Positions 1 to 19,214 of a DNA stretch of 64,000 bases are shown in pieces. The DNA lies in the NCBI RefSeq assembly GCF_009914755.1, contig NC_060933.1. One strand, given 5' to 3'. A model generated the notes under the pieces. The model made no database searches, was not told the origin of the DNA, and saw only the letters and a list, made by a program, of their open reading frames with translations. Origin of the DNA: the human T2T-CHM13v2.0 reference genome, Homo sapiens. The position numbers were made by a program, and so were the translations under genes. How positions within the stretch are numbered: the stretch's first letter is position 1; each line of letters begins with the position of its first letter.

Positions 1-2408
<2,408 letters not shown>

Positions 2409-4331
2409 AATCAGAATGACCAATGAATTTTCAACAAATTTAATGGAAGTTGGAAGGCACTGGTGCAATACTGTAAAATTCAGGACATTGATTTCTGGCA
2501 TGTAAACATTATTATTCACAGAAAGTTTCAATCAAGTATGTAGGCAGAACTCAGCCATGTGGGGTCACACCAATGAATCAAAATAACTTACTGTGCGTGC
2601 AGTCTTTCACAGGAAGCTGTCGGAAGAGGTATGCCACCAAAAGAGAAAGAGAATTCAGGAAATGGGGGATCCAACATAACAGAGGTGAAGAGCAACCAAT
2701 CCAGATTAGAATAGTACAGAGAGCTCCAGAAGGAATATCTTTGAAGAAAAAAGTGATGGATTATATGATGTGTTTGAACCTACTGAGAAGAGATTTACAC
2801 TTCTGGAGGACAGCCTGAGTGTAAATTCATGTCATTCTGTTCTGGGAAGTTTTAAAATACTACTATATAGCAGTCTTCTGCTATATAGACCACTCAACAA
2901 ATAAAATAATAAGGCAGTATTATTAATTCCAAAAAACTCAAGCCAAAAATTGGACCAAAAAAGGAAATATAATTACAGATACCACACATTCCAGTTGTGA
3001 ATAGTATTTACAGAGTCAAAATAGTATAAATATTGAATGCTAACTTAACCAGAAAGTGTGATGTAACTGCACTCTACTGTGAAAATCAGAGAGGAAGGTA
3101 TGCGCTTAGAGGAGAGGTAGAGGAATTACAGCTCAATCTTCAAATCCCAAAATAGACCAACTGATAAAATCTAAAACTGAAATATTTAAAAAAGGGATAA
3201 CAATCATGTTATTTAAAAATACAGAGATAAACATTACAGGTAACAGCTAAATAGCTACATTTATGGACCACAGCGAATAACTCTACACAATATATATTAA
3301 TACTTACCAAGCAATCTTGACATTGAAGACTGCAACAGGTAAAAGAAAGAAAGAATACTAGATTGTTCACATCCAGCAACAGTGAGGGACAAGAGAGACT
3401 AAACAAATGGCTTCATTTTGAATTGGGTAGGGAAAGGAAGAGAGAGAGAGATGAGAAATACTTGAACTCAAAAGAGTTCTGTAAGTTTGGCAAAGTTTAC
3501 AGCATTCTGTATTGGAATCACAGACTATTATAGCTGAAAGAAATCTTACATAGTGGCTACAATTTATTTCCCTCATTTTACAGTTACTTGCTAAGGTAAC
3601 ACAGCTGGTTAGGCAGAATCAGACCCTTCTGCTCTTAACTCTCACATTCTTTTTCTTGTATCACAAAGCACTTAAAAATAATTATCAAATATCAAATATG
3701 TCAGTATGTTGACTACATGAGTTCCTATTGATATACTTCATTGTTTTATTTGAAGAATATAAAGAAAATGTAAACACATCTAAAGATGAAGTTTTAAGTT
3801 AAAACATATTGGCCTTTTTAAAGAATTAAGAAGATACAATCAAAGAAAAGTATCCATAACTGACCTCTTCTTGCTTTTTATGATGGGCTAGAACTGAGAA
3901 TTTTTAAAGCCCAAATATTCGGCCCAAATTACAGGTTCACCTCTGCTTTATCTACCTTGAAAATGGCATTGAAAAATGGTGATTGTATTACAGTTTGTAT
4001 TACTGTCCAAATAGTTCAGAATACCTTTAATCAGATAACAAATCCTAAGATCTAACATTTTGCTGAAAGTAAGTTTTGGCCAAAAGATATAAGGAAAGAA
4101 TATATTGCCTGATTAACTTGAGGAATTAATAGTGTTCAACAAAAAGATGTGTGGATTTTGAGTGATTTTTCATAACTGAAATGTTACTGGTACCCTGGTG
4201 ATAGATTTTTAGGATGTATCTGTGTGGATTAGTAGGAACATCTAAATGTGAACCAAGGCTTAGTTTGAGGTATCTGCTCATTAACACAGAAGACTTATTA
4301 TCAGTTGCCACCCAGCATTCAAGATTTGAGG

Positions 4332-4470
4332 GGCCAGACTCTGTGGCGTGTGCCTGTAGTCCCAGCTACTCAGGAGGCTAAGGTGGGAGAGACAGCCTGA
4401 GCACAGGAGCTTGAGACCAGCCTGGGCAACATAGCAAAAACCTCATCTCTAAAAAAATAAAAATAAAAAG
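4332..4470 (+). mobile_element. Alu monomer (FLAM/FAM-like)
   Basis: tgcctgtagtcccagctactcaggaggc...gagaccagcctgggcaac followed by A-tail. Confidence 0.8.
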
Positions 4471-4592
4471 GATTTAAGTCAAGTTCTTCATCAAATATCA
4501 GGATTGCTTGACATTGAATAAAAAATTCAGCCGCCAATTTTTTTTGTTTTAATTACTAATTAAATATTGCCTAGAAATGTTGCTCACCTTAA

Positions 4593-4992
<400 letters not shown>

Positions 4993-5319
4993 TCTAGGTT
5001 TAAGATTTGAACAAGACTGAGAACCTTATAGGCCTTCAATAAATACCTCTGGGCTGATTATTTAAATGGCAGCATCAGATCGATACATGGTATTTTCCCA
5101 TTACTTAGGCATTTCTAAAGCAAATATTCCCATTCTCTAACGCCATTCATTTTCAAAAAGCTCTCAAGTCTTTCAACATTTTAAAAGAAGATAAAAATTT
5201 GATTTTCCAAGGTAGGGAATTAAGTAGCCTCTAATTTATTCTGTTCATTCTACCTCACACATATACACTCCAGTCAAATGTCCTGTAAACCATTCTGCAT
5301 AGAGTAGAACAGACACACA

Positions 5320-6939
5320 ATGCTTCATGAAGGTGGAGACTTTAATCATCTACAAAGCCCTCAGACCTGTTTTACTTTATATGTTTAATCATACAGATGC
5401 CATCTACAGTATTTTGTAGTTAGTAAGCAGCAATAAAGTTTATTCTGTACTACTTTAGCATATTAACTATTACTTTTAAGTTGAAATAGAAAAATTATAT
5501 CACTGTCTTTTCATCTTGAAGCAATAACAATGAACTCATAACTCAAATCTGTTTACCAGCTTAAGAGAAGCATTTAAAATCATATAGGCTTTTTCTATGC
5601 TTTATTAGAAAGATTTATGGAGGGGGAAAAAATGGTAGAATTATTCCAAGGCATGTTCAGGAACAACAACAACAAAAAGAATTTGTAACTGCAATTCCAG
5701 CGTTTCATAAATGTCCTCTATTTCCATTTAAAAACTCTCTAAAATTAACATAATTAAAGCAGCTAATAAAACACAATCCCTGCAACTTTTATATATAAGG
5801 AAAGTCCTCATACAGTATCAGTAGACCATGGCTTATAAATAAAATATACTGTATTTGTTATCAAATATAGAAACAACAGTTCCAGATTTATGTTTTTTGA
5901 AAAAATTAATTTATTTTAAGTTAAGGATCTCTACGTAAATTTATTTTGGTATCAAACAACTGCAATTAGTGATGGGGGGATAAAAGCATCCCTAATTGTG
6001 GAAGGATGGTAATTTATTTACAAAAACTATACAAAATTAGATTAATTATAACAACAACTTATCAAAGGTTCCTGAAATTAATTTTGCTTTTGAAAAAGTA
6101 TCAAAAGTCTTCAGATCCAGAATGATAGCATTTTATTATTTCTGATTCATGGAATTATAGCACATCAGATCTTTAAGCAACTACATCAGATAAAATCCTA
6201 GATAATAAAATATTCTTCATTTCCTGACAGCTTGGAATGTAAATGAAAACTTGTTCCATTTTTATTAAAGAAAAAACCTAGAATAATGCATCCAATGGTA
6301 TCAAATACCTGTTAGAATGGCGTGTCTGCTATAATTAAACATGGGCAATTAGTTCTACATAGTTAAAAATTGCCTTAAATTAATTCCTTCCTTTAATAAA
6401 AAAGTTTTTCTCAGTCATTTCAGATCTCTGTTATTCGGTTTTAACTAGGAAATTTGCATTTACATAAGGAATCTTCAAAATAGTATATATTTAAAAAGTG
6501 CATATAAGCAAAACTAAATTTCTCAAATTAAATAATTTAATATTGTATTGTAAAATACAAGTAGCCTTAAGAGAAACATGCTTCGTCAATCTTTTGCTTT
6601 TAGGTTTGGTGCCCAAACATTTAAAAATAAAGAAAAAAATACCACGACTCTTTGCTAATGGCTTTTAAGATTTGCAGACACAGCTAAATACTCATCTAAC
6701 AAAGTATCCAGGCTATCCAACTATATTGCCATGAATTCATAAGACAGTAACACACATTTATAATATAAAAGTAGTCAAAAAAATAAAAAGAAACAGCCAC
6801 AGGTAATTTAGGGCTAAAATGAGTCCTAATAAGGGTTACATGAGAAATAACATATAAGACCCCAAATAAATTTTAGATACAAAATTAAATGATGTGGCTT
6901 TGTTCAAACATACCTAAAATTCAAAATCAAGTTAAATAC
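5320..6939 (-). other. CAAP1: CAAP1 3'UTR (AU-rich, distal end approximate)
   Basis: Repeat-free AT-rich stretch after the stop codon; several minus-strand AATAAA/ATTAAA hexamers (e.g. 6261-6266, 5439-5444, 5341-5346). Confidence 0.7.
5341..5346 (-). terminator. Candidate distal polyadenylation signal ATTAAA
   Basis: Plus-strand tttaat; a GU-rich tract (TGTGTGTCTGTTCT) follows downstream on the minus strand at ~5305-5320. Confidence 0.5.
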
Positions 6940-7286
6940 CTAGGCTGGCTTTTTTATATCACCAGCTTTCATTAGGGCTTTAATCGCTCTTGCCCTCATC
7001 TCAAGTTCTAGCAGCTCCAGTTGCTGTGCAGAAGGTTGAACATCTTCTGGTGGAGGAACAGCCAGGGTGGCTGCTTTGGGTTCGTTTGGGCTAGACTCTG
7101 CCAGTCCTAGAATCTCATTCACACTTTTCTCAATGTCTTTCTCCAGGTCATCTATCTGACCAGCTTCACTTTGGACTGTATTTTCTGGTGCCTCGGGAGC
7201 AGCTGCTTCTTCGTTGCATGGGCCTTCTATGTCGCTGTCATAAGCATCTGCATTTATACTGAGTACATCACTATCTTCCCCTTTTC
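6940..7286 (-). CDS. CAAP1: CAAP1 exon 6 coding part (GKGEDSD...KKPA*)
   Basis: Acceptor ttttttggttacag|GAAAAGGG; 347 nt, phase 1 matches exon 5; stop TAG at 6940-6942. Confidence 0.97.
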
Positions 7287-8095
7287 CTGTAACCAAAAAA
7301 GGAGAAAGATCCATGTAACCTAAATACCATGGGTCACAATTTCCTTACTGTTTATAATTTAAAAACTGCTTTGATCCCACCTCCCACTATGGAGTCCCAA
7401 ACACATTCCATAATCCCCATGCCACCCTCTTTTCCCCTGACTCCTCAACCTTCAAAGCAGATCTAATGTAATGTAAATTCAAATGTATTTTTCATTCTGA
7501 TTTAGTAGAACATGGGAACATTAAGAAATTTCTTCCATCATATGCAGTACCCATGATCTATTTTCCTAATTAAAATGTCATAACATTTTTATCACAGTAA
7601 AGCTTCTGCACTACAAAATGAAAGCTGACATTGGAAATCCTCTGGATACAGTATGGCTTACTATTCAAGCAGTAAAATTTCATTCTAGAAGGTGTTTAAA
7701 TACTTTGCTTTATAAACTACAAAAAAGAAAAAGTATCATCAGCAAGCAGGACAACATATGCATTGCAATTATCCCAATCTTTTCATACGCTTTTTCAAAC
7801 ACTTTGTTCCAAATCAATAAATTAAAGAAGAATGCCTAAGGCCATTTTCTAAGGTAAAATTTGTTTTAATGACGAGGATTTTAATTAACAAAGTTAGTTC
7901 ACCATAATTTTAAAAAATGCATTTGTTATAAAACTTCTATAACTGATGCTAACAACATAAATAAACACAGATTATGGTTCTCGACCACCTTGTTCTTGGC
8001 ATTGAATACTACTCAATTCCAGGCATCATTTGCAACTTTGAATACTCACTTATATTCCTAATTAATTTATCTTTTAAATATTGAATATGTTTTTT

Positions 8096-8225
8096 GTGTG
8101 TTTTTCTTGCATTTTCTTTTTTTTCTTTTTATTTTATTATTATACTTTAAGTTTTAGGGTACATGTGCACAATGTGCAGGTTAGTTACATATGTATACAT
8201 GTGCCATGCTGGTGTGCTGCACCCA
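8096..8225 (-). mobile_element. Severely 5'-truncated young L1 (L1PA2/3-like 3' end, ~95 bp plus tail)
   Basis: tatactttaagttttagggtacatgtgcacaatgtgcagg...gctgcaccca; TSD tgaatatgtttttt at 8082-8095 and 8226-8239. Confidence 0.93.
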
Positions 8226-8715
8226 TGAATATGTTTTTTTTTTTAAAAAGTCATGATCCCCAAAATGTTAGCTTTCCCTAATATAAGAAAGCTTTGATAG
8301 CGCTTTCCTTACAGTAGGGAAAGCTTCTTTACAAAACATAGATTGACAGATGGTAAATTCTGATAACAGACTGTACAGGAAGGACATAAACAATTATACT
8401 CCATTGGTTTTATAATCAATGATGATTTACTGACCTTCAGTGATCCTCCTACATGCTTATAATTGAAAAACCACCCCCATTCCAAAATTAAAGTGGAAAA
8501 TAAAACAAAAAATTATTTTTGTGTCCATAAATAGAACTTGTAAAAATAAGATTATCATTTTATTTGATGGCAAAGAACATTTTATATATGTCCGCAAAGC
8601 AACAAATATTTCCAAATAGCATAAAAAACTACAGAAAATTGAATAAAACCTTTCAAGAAACAATATTTTATACAAGTATTCTAACTTGAGACTAAAATAG
8701 ATTTAAGAAAATAAG

Positions 8716-9017
<302 letters not shown>

Positions 9018-9659
9018 CTAAGTTGTTCACAGCCTCAAAAAATTAACTTTAGTGTCTCCGAGGCTTTACCTAAAATTTAAAGTGTATAGTCACTGATTCT
9101 GAATAAGAAACTACAGGCTGTATAAAATATTTTAAAATACAAATTTTTGAAAAATGTGACTTGTTTTTCAGACTAGGGGTTGTTGCGAGATAATGAATGA
9201 AGAGCTGAATAATATAATGAGGGGGTGGAGAAGAGGTAAACGGTAGTTGATTCAGAGGCTTGATCAGACTCAGGTTCAATTTTCTGGTAAGAATATTTAG
9301 AAGTGACGTTGTGTACTTCCAGCACATAATATATAATTGCTTTTCTTTTTGTGATCATGTCAGTATCCATTGAGATTGGGTATTGTCTACAGTGGCTGAT
9401 GAGAATACTCTTGATTCCCTGAACCTAACCATTGTAATGCTTTTGTCTGTAATCTAGTTTTTTTCTGTGGCAACTTTCAGGAACTTTTTTTATTCTTGAA
9501 TTCTATTTCACAGGATGTGTCTTAGGTTTGATGTTCTACACGTGGCAAGCCCTTTCAGGGTGACGGCCTTCTTCACCTCCTAACAGTTTTATCCAGATTA
9601 TTTCTTTATTTTCCCTTTTCACTATCTACTTTCTTGCTTTCTGACTTATTCTGTCACTT

Positions 9660-9907
9660 TATCAAGTCCCTGCTCAAATGGTACCTTATCAGATCATAGT
9701 GATCACTCTCTGTGAAAGTGTCATCCTGCTACTGTCTTCTTATCCTGTTTTATTTTTCTTCATTGCACCTGACATTTTTATGTATTTTTACTCTCTCTCT
9801 ACTACTTAAATGTAGGGCAGAGATTTTTGTTGTTGTTCCCTGCTGTTTCCTTGGTGCTTAAAACAGTGTCTTGTACACAGCAGGTGCTCAGTAATATTTG
9901 TTGAATT
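9660..9907 (+). mobile_element. L2 3' fragment
   Basis: Ends with aacagtgtcttgtacacagcaggtgctcagtaatatttgttgaat, typical L2 terminus. Confidence 0.7.
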
Positions 9908-10018
9908 ATACTCAGTTCATGTTGGACTTCATGAGTTGTTCATCTTCATCTCTTAACTTTTATTGCACATTTAAAAATATTTTTCTTTTCTGGATTTTGA
10001 GATATTTCCTTAACATGA

Positions 10019-10313
<295 letters not shown>

Positions 10314-10776
10314 ATATCTGTAATTTTAAATTCTAACAATTCTTGGTCTCTGGCTTTTTATCATTGCACCCTGTTTTATGGCTGCAGTGTCCACATTAGT
10401 CTCTCTCATAAGGATATTAAATGGACTCTCTTCTTCCCTTTTCTCCAAAAGATTATCTTCTGATCCCTGAATTTTATTTCTTCTTTTGTTTATCTTGGTC
10501 CTTCATTTGTTTTAGCTATGTTTTTCTGGTAGCTGGTTTGGTTTTTTTGAGCAGTTGTTTATTTCTCTAACAGATCTTTTTCTTTGATATAAAATGGATG
10601 AGGGGTAGGCCTCTCAGAGTAGAGTGCTTGGATATATGGCCGTGAAAAGGAGGGAAAGGAGGAGGAGTTCAGTTGGCTTAATTATTCAAAATGAATTTAA
10701 TTTTAATTGCCATGTTGTTTGTTCCACAGCCAATTCTTCCTTCTTTCCAAGACTCAAGAAAGAGTTACACTTACCA

Positions 10777-11093
10777 GCTGGGCACGGTGGCTCACGCCTG
10801 GAATCCCAGCACTTTGAGAGGCCAAGGCAGGTGGATCACAAGGTCAGGAGTTCAAGACTAGCCTGGCCAAGATGGTGAAACCCCACCTCTACTAAAAATA
10901 CAAAAATTAGCCGAGCGTGGTGGCGGGTGCCTGTAATCCCAGCTACTATGGAGGCTGAGGCAGAGAACTGCTTGAACCCAGGAGGCAGAGGGTGCAGTGA
11001 GCCGAGATTGCGCCACTGCACTGCAGCCTGGGTGACAGAGCGAGACTCTGTCTCAAAAAAAAAAAAAGAAGAAGAAAAAAAAGAAAAAAGAAA
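10777..11093 (+). mobile_element. Alu (AluSg-like)
   Basis: Sense dimer with A/GA-rich tail. Confidence 0.93.
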
Positions 11094-11317
11094 GACTTAC
11101 ACTTATCTATGGTGTCTTTGGCTATGATTTTCCTTTCTTTTGTCAATTTGATCCTGTCTACTTATATTTTGTGAAAACCATAAAATTTCTAATCTTTACA
11201 TTATATCTTTTTTGTTATACTGTAAATTCATTTTTTCTTTTAACGCTTTTTACAGTTCATTCTTGTAAAAGGTTGAAGAAATACATGTTCACAGAGCAAA
11301 ATGGGAAAATTAATTTT

Positions 11318-11613
<296 letters not shown>

Positions 11614-11813
11614 CAATTTTTCTTCTTCTTTTACTCCCCTTCCCAGAAGTAATCACTGTTAATAACTTATTTATTTTATTTTTAACAAAAACATAATTAT
11701 CACTCTTTGGCTTACTTTTTTGACTTAAAAATATATCTTGGTCATTTTTTTTCATCTTAGCAATGTACTAGCTTCTTTTATAGACAGATAAAAATCCTCG
11801 TTTTTACTAGTAA

Positions 11814-12130
<317 letters not shown>

Positions 12131-12849
12131 AAAAGCACTATTTTTTTAATTTACATTTATCTGATTAGAAATTAGGTTGAGCATTCTTTTCCACGTGTGT
12201 ATTGCCTTCTGTATTTCCAGTTTTGTGAAATATCTGACTTGTTTCTACCCTTTGCCCATGTTTTTGTTTCTTAATAATACCTACATTCTATATATTCTTA
12301 TATTTGTCCTTTTTTTGTAGTTTTCCTGTCTTATAATTTTATTTATGGTGTTTTTTTTTCTCAGAAATATTAACATTTAGCTAAATCTGTTGATTTTTTT
12401 TCCCTTTGTTTATTCCCTATTTTGTGGTTTACTTTGGAAGGACTGCTGTTTATTAGTTTTGTCATCAGTTAATTTACAACTTATGTTATTATTTTAAGTA
12501 TCCCTCTTCTGTCACTTCAGTGGGTTCTTGGTAGGGAGGGGAAGTAGATACGTATGTTCAATTTGCTGTCTTTAGAGGAAATTCACACCAGTATCTAAAT
12601 AATCCATGTTCTAGAGTTTGTCTTGGCTTAATTTAATAATTCACTATCAAGAGGTTTCACAAGCATATCACTGAAAACACTAGATATACTTTAATCTTAT
12701 GCATAAGAACTGTTTCTGATAAGCTGAATTATTATCAACTCGAATATTTATAAGTCCTATCAAGGTTTAAATACTTTAGCATAACTTAAAAGTTCCTTTT
12801 ATTTTTATAACTCAGAATGTTTGTGATGTGATTAACAGTTCTTATATGT

Positions 12850-13152
<303 letters not shown>

Positions 13153-14437
13153 TTATATGTTTGTTTACTTTCATTGGATATTCTATTTAAAACTTTCAAC
13201 AGAAAGCAAACCTATGCCACAAGTGTTTACTTTTATCTAATTTAGAGAATCCCACAGCTCTCACGCACTGAGGTTTGTTATAGATGATAATAAAAACAGT
13301 GGTATTACATTTTAGTTTTTTCTATTATGTGGCACACTCCTTTTTATTTATATTAGGAGTATATTACTTTTAGAGAGATTGGGTCTTATGTTGTTTATTT
13401 TTTCTCCTGGCTAATAAAATGTTTAGAGTGTTGGCTGTTCTATTTAGCTGCCAAATATTTTGCCTTTATGGTTTTATCCCATATTCACAACTATGGCTCA
13501 CTGAATAACATAAACATATAAATTTTTTTTGTTTTGTTCTGAAAAATTATTCCATTTATTTATATGTCAGTGATGAATCTGAGCAGTGACTGGTTCATTC
13601 TGCTGTCTAGACACTAAGCCTAGATGGATTCGTTTATTTAAAAAATCTTCAGTACTTGGGTGCGGAGTTTGAGATATGAATCAAGTCGGTAGGACTGAAG
13701 ATAGCAGGAAAACAAGAGAAATAGTGAAAGTATACAGGCTAGACGACAGTGTAATACAACAAAGGTACATTGGTGAGTAGCTAGCCAGAGGATCAACTAT
13801 AAGGGATGAATGCATGATAAAGCCCTTTTTTTCCCTGAGAAATCTTTTACATCTTTGTCTTCCTATAACTATTGCCTAGTCAAGCTCTTAAACTACTTTA
13901 CTCCTTTCTCATAAGCTATTTGCTCCATTTCTTCATTTGTATTGTTTTTCTCTCAAGTGCCCTAAATGGTATGTAGTATTTCAAACCCCATCTTAGTGAA
14001 GGAGCACAGTTAATGTAAGGAATATATCGTATCTTCTTGTTTCTTTGTGTATTGTTTAAAGTTAACTTTAGTTCTTTCGCTGCTCTGTAACATCAGTAAC
14101 TTAGATCTAAGTTTTTACTTGCTATCTTTCCTGTGCCACTTTGATTATTATGTCTCTAGTTAACAGTCTGAATTTTTATTCTTATTATTGTTAATTGCAT
14201 TTTTTATATTTTACCTCAGGCCCAACTGTCTTTTATTTTTCTTGGTGGATTTCAATAACATTAGTTTAACATCATGCATACATCAAAACTGTTTTTATTT
14301 CCTTTTTTTCTTTAGGTATTTTTTAAAAAGCTTAAATTAAGTGGGCTTAAAGTACTAGCAGTGCCTTTGTAGAACCCAAACACCTCTTTAGTTCATAAAC
14401 AGATTTTTGACATTTTACCATAAACCATGTTATATGA

Positions 14438-14752
<315 letters not shown>

Positions 14753-16655
14753 AGTAAAACAATTTTTTAACAAAACTTTATGAAGACTTATTTTAATGCT
14801 TTATCAAAATAGGTATCACATTACCTGTTATATTTCTTGCTACTGACTAGACTTTATTTGAAGGAGTAGAAATAATTTACCTCACTTCTTCCTGAAAACT
14901 CTCTCTCTCACACACACACAAACACACAAGTACGTGGGCAGAGTGGGGGTTGGAGAGACAGAACATGACTACCCCAAAAATGTCGAGATCTTTGAATGAG
15001 TTATTTGAGGATGAAGTTACTTCTTTAGAAAGAATGTACAAGTTTTACCTCTTCTGTTTGAGGATCATGATTGATAGGGAAAACCCCATAATTCCCCAAT
15101 ACCAAAAACAAGAGTAAATTATCTTTGGAAATACATTAATAAGTTTGCAGATGATGCTTTTAAAAATGAGTTACTGACTGATTCTACTGGAATGATGAAA
15201 ATTAAGAAATACTGAAAAGACTTGAAGCATGAAGCTCTTCCAATAATTTGCCATGTTCTATTGTACAAGTCACTTAACGTATACTAAATTATTTCAGATG
15301 TATAAAAAGCTTTGGCATCTATGATGCAGTTATAATGGACAGGTGAAACCTATGAAGGCATTCAGCAATACTGTGTTATAGAGAACTTGGCTTTTTTTTT
15401 CTTATGTGTAGTGTATTAAGCTACTAATTTAGATTTAAGTGCATTAGGTTGACCATCATTTATAAAATTTAATTGTGGCATGACTGATTTCTAAAGATAA
15501 AGAAAAAATGCAAATGATTCAGTAAAGAAAACCTGTCTAGTATTCTACTGAACCATTATTGAACTTCCAAATAACATGAATATCCACCAGCCTGTAAACT
15601 TGACTTTTAAGACTCACAAATCCATTAACTATCCCCTTCAGAGATTATTCCAAGAATCAAATAAATATTCACTAAGTATCTTTTACACATGTCATGATGG
15701 TGCTGCAAAGGCCTTAGAAGTAGGTGACAAAATATTTGTGACATGATTAAGACACAGGTTTTGCCTTCACAGTATGCTTAATGTATGGCATTATACTTTA
15801 ACATACCAAATTACGCAATACAAAATATAACAGAATTTCAGAATATACAAGGCAACAGGCAAAAATCAGGGAGATATTCATAGATATATGATATGAGACG
15901 GGCCTTTAAGAATGGGTACAATCTAATAGGTGATATTAACAGAAGAGGAAACTGCAAGTGTGAGGGACAGAATGGGCACAAGCAAAATGCTACATGTAAA
16001 GCTCAGTACAGAGGTATGTGAGCCTGACAGAATAAAATGCACAGGTGAGAATATATAAAAAAAGGCAGTATCCAAAATTATTGTCTCTGAAGACATCACC
16101 ATTCTAGGATAAAAAGCACAATAGGGACTCCCTGCTAGTCTTTTACAATGGATCAGATAAGTGGATATTTTTGGTCTTGCATTGGGGCACAATAACAGGC
16201 TGACATAAGCAATTCCTGACTATAATCTTTTGTTGAGTAATCTGAAAGTAAATAAAAAACTGTTTAAAATAGCATTTATCATTTCTCCTACCACTGATTA
16301 AACAGGGTTCTGGTAGAATAAAAGTTTGATATCAAAAATGAAAATACCCAAAAGGGAAAAATGAAGGCAGAACAGCTGTCTCAATTTCCAAGCATCGGAG
16401 TTTGGAAGCAAGCAACTTTTCCCCCTCAAGATTTCTTGGAACTTACACTCATTCAAAAGGGCATCACACTCAAATACTTTCTGTTAGTAACATCTCAGTG
16501 CTCCATAATCTACCCATCCTAGGAAAGTGTGCTCAAACTCATTATCTACTTCATAAACTACCATGTTTCCTGTGGCACTGCTTTTGCTTGTTTAAATATA
16601 AATATAAGCTCAGAAAGAGATACTAGAGACTTGATTCTAATTTTAGATAATGTAA

Positions 16656-17228
<573 letters not shown>

Positions 17229-17439
17229 TCAGATTTGACATATTGGAACACATGTATTAAAACCTGCAGTCACAACTGATAGGCTGTGAAGTAGACATGT
17301 GATAGATCAACACAGTCCTGCTTTTCAAAAGGTGACTTCTATAAGACTACAGTACAGTAAATCTGACATCAATTCCCAGTGAAATTCTAGGTTTATTAGA
17401 AGGTTTACGAGCTCTGGAAAAAAAAAAATTAGTATCAAC

Positions 17440-18450
17440 TAGTTTAGACAGATCAGGTAACATTTGATCAGGAATCTAAATGATGCATGGAAGACCCATA
17501 TGGTTATCTGAGGAGGAAGCGGGCAGGCAGAAGGAACAGCAAAAGCAAAGCCTCTGACACAGGAGTGTTTGGAGTGCTAGAAGAAAGCAAGGAGGCAGGA
17601 GCAGAGAGAGCAAGGTGGAGAGTAACAAGTCACATCATGTTAAGGCTGTATACTGGCCAAAGGAAAGATGGACTATGGATTTTGTGTAGAGATGGGAAGC
17701 TATTAGAAGGCTTTGATAAAGAACAGTGACATGACCATTCATACAGTACAAAATAATCAGACTGCTGTGTGAAAGAGACTCCCGGGAGCATGGATAGAAA
17801 CAGTGGGATCAGGATGGAGATGAAGGAAAGGACTAAGGAATGATTCCAAGGTTCTTGGCCTGGACACTGAGAAGAATGTAACTGCTATTTATTAAGACGA
17901 GATGGATGGTAGAAGCAGCAAGGTATTGCTGTTTTTATGTTTCTTGTTTTTAGGGTGGGTGGGGAGTCACAGAGGGATCTAGAATTTATTCAGGCACATG
18001 CTAACTTAAAATGCTTATTGGACATTTAATAAGTAAACTGGATACACAAGTGTTAGAAGTCTGAATTGTAGAAATAAGTTAGTAGTTGCCAGTCTTAAAA
18101 CTACATAAGATCATCAGTTAGACAGTGTAGAAAAAAGTCAGTCCTGGGGCACTCATCCTTTAGAAGTCATAAAAAGCCAGGAAAGCCAGTGTCAAGAAAG
18201 AGAAAATAACCAATGCTGTCAAATGCCGCTGATGGGTCAAGATGAGCACTGAGCAATGACGAGTGAAATGGCTGCTGGCAATAATTCACTAGAGAGGGGA
18301 ACATTAATTAGGTGGAGAAATGAAGTATTCGCAGGTACCAAAAGGTAGCAGGATCAGTACTCAAACAGAGGGTCTGGTCTCGGCAGCACAAAGAGTTCAT
18401 CCATTTTAACAGGAGATAAGGGGAGTATACAGGTTCAGATACAGATAGAT
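17440..18450 (-). mobile_element. Old L2 fragments
   Basis: Purine-rich L2 antisense motifs (gaaggaacagcaaaagcaaagcctctga, gaatgattccaaggttcttggcctg). Confidence 0.65.
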
Positions 18451-18769
18451 ATGAAAAAATTTATTTACATATCTGTTTTCCTTTATTAGACAAGTTCTTT
18501 CCAGATCCAGACATATTTATCTTTCTATCCCTAGTGCCTAGAACAAAACAGTAGGTTTGCTGGATGAAGGGGTGAACTTCAAAATTTGAAGAGCTATTAT
18601 TTAGAAGATGTATTAAACTCTTTTTCTTCAAACCAAAGGGCACAGAGAAACCAATGAGTACAAGTTACGTAAAGGCATATTATGATTCAATATATAGAGA
18701 CCCTTTTACCAATTAGAAACTGCCAGGTTGATACTGAGGTGATGAGACAGAAAACAACAATGATAACAG

Positions 18770-19040
18770 AAATAATTACAAGGGCTGATACTTTTGAGCA
18801 TTTAATATCTACTAAGCACTGCTCTAAAGCATTTTGCATGTATTAATTCATTCAATCCTTACACCTACATAATGAAATAGGCATTCATATTTACTATCCT
18901 CATTTTATAAATGAGGAAGCTGAGGAACAGAGAGTTTAAGTAACTTGCCCTAGGTTCACATAGCTAAAGTAGCAGAAACAAAATTCAAACCCAAGTAAGT
19001 TTCCAAAACCTATGCACTTAAAACATTCTATACTATTTCC
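18770..19040 (-). mobile_element. MIR
   Basis: Core cattttataaatgaggaagctgaggaacagagagtttaagtaacttgccc. Confidence 0.8.
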
Positions 19041-19214
19041 CAGAACTTAACAGATTCAAAATAACCACAGAAGCTTCACAAATTAGGATGCTGGGTTCAG
19101 CTGAATGTATCTTCTTCTTGTGGGTCCCTTAAATGATATATTTACAAAGTCTCACCTGAATAAACATAGTATGTACCAAACATACACCTAGAGTCTGTGT
19201 ATTAAATATGAATA

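Noticed and set aside
2410-3500. Possible ancient HAL1/L1M remnant after the L1PA tail
   Set aside because: Resemblance too degraded to call by eye; needs RepeatMasker.
7287-7314. ATG at 7314 starting a 124-aa single-exon protein
   Set aside because: The first codons are the intron 5 polypyrimidine tract and acceptor; the real exon starts at 7286.
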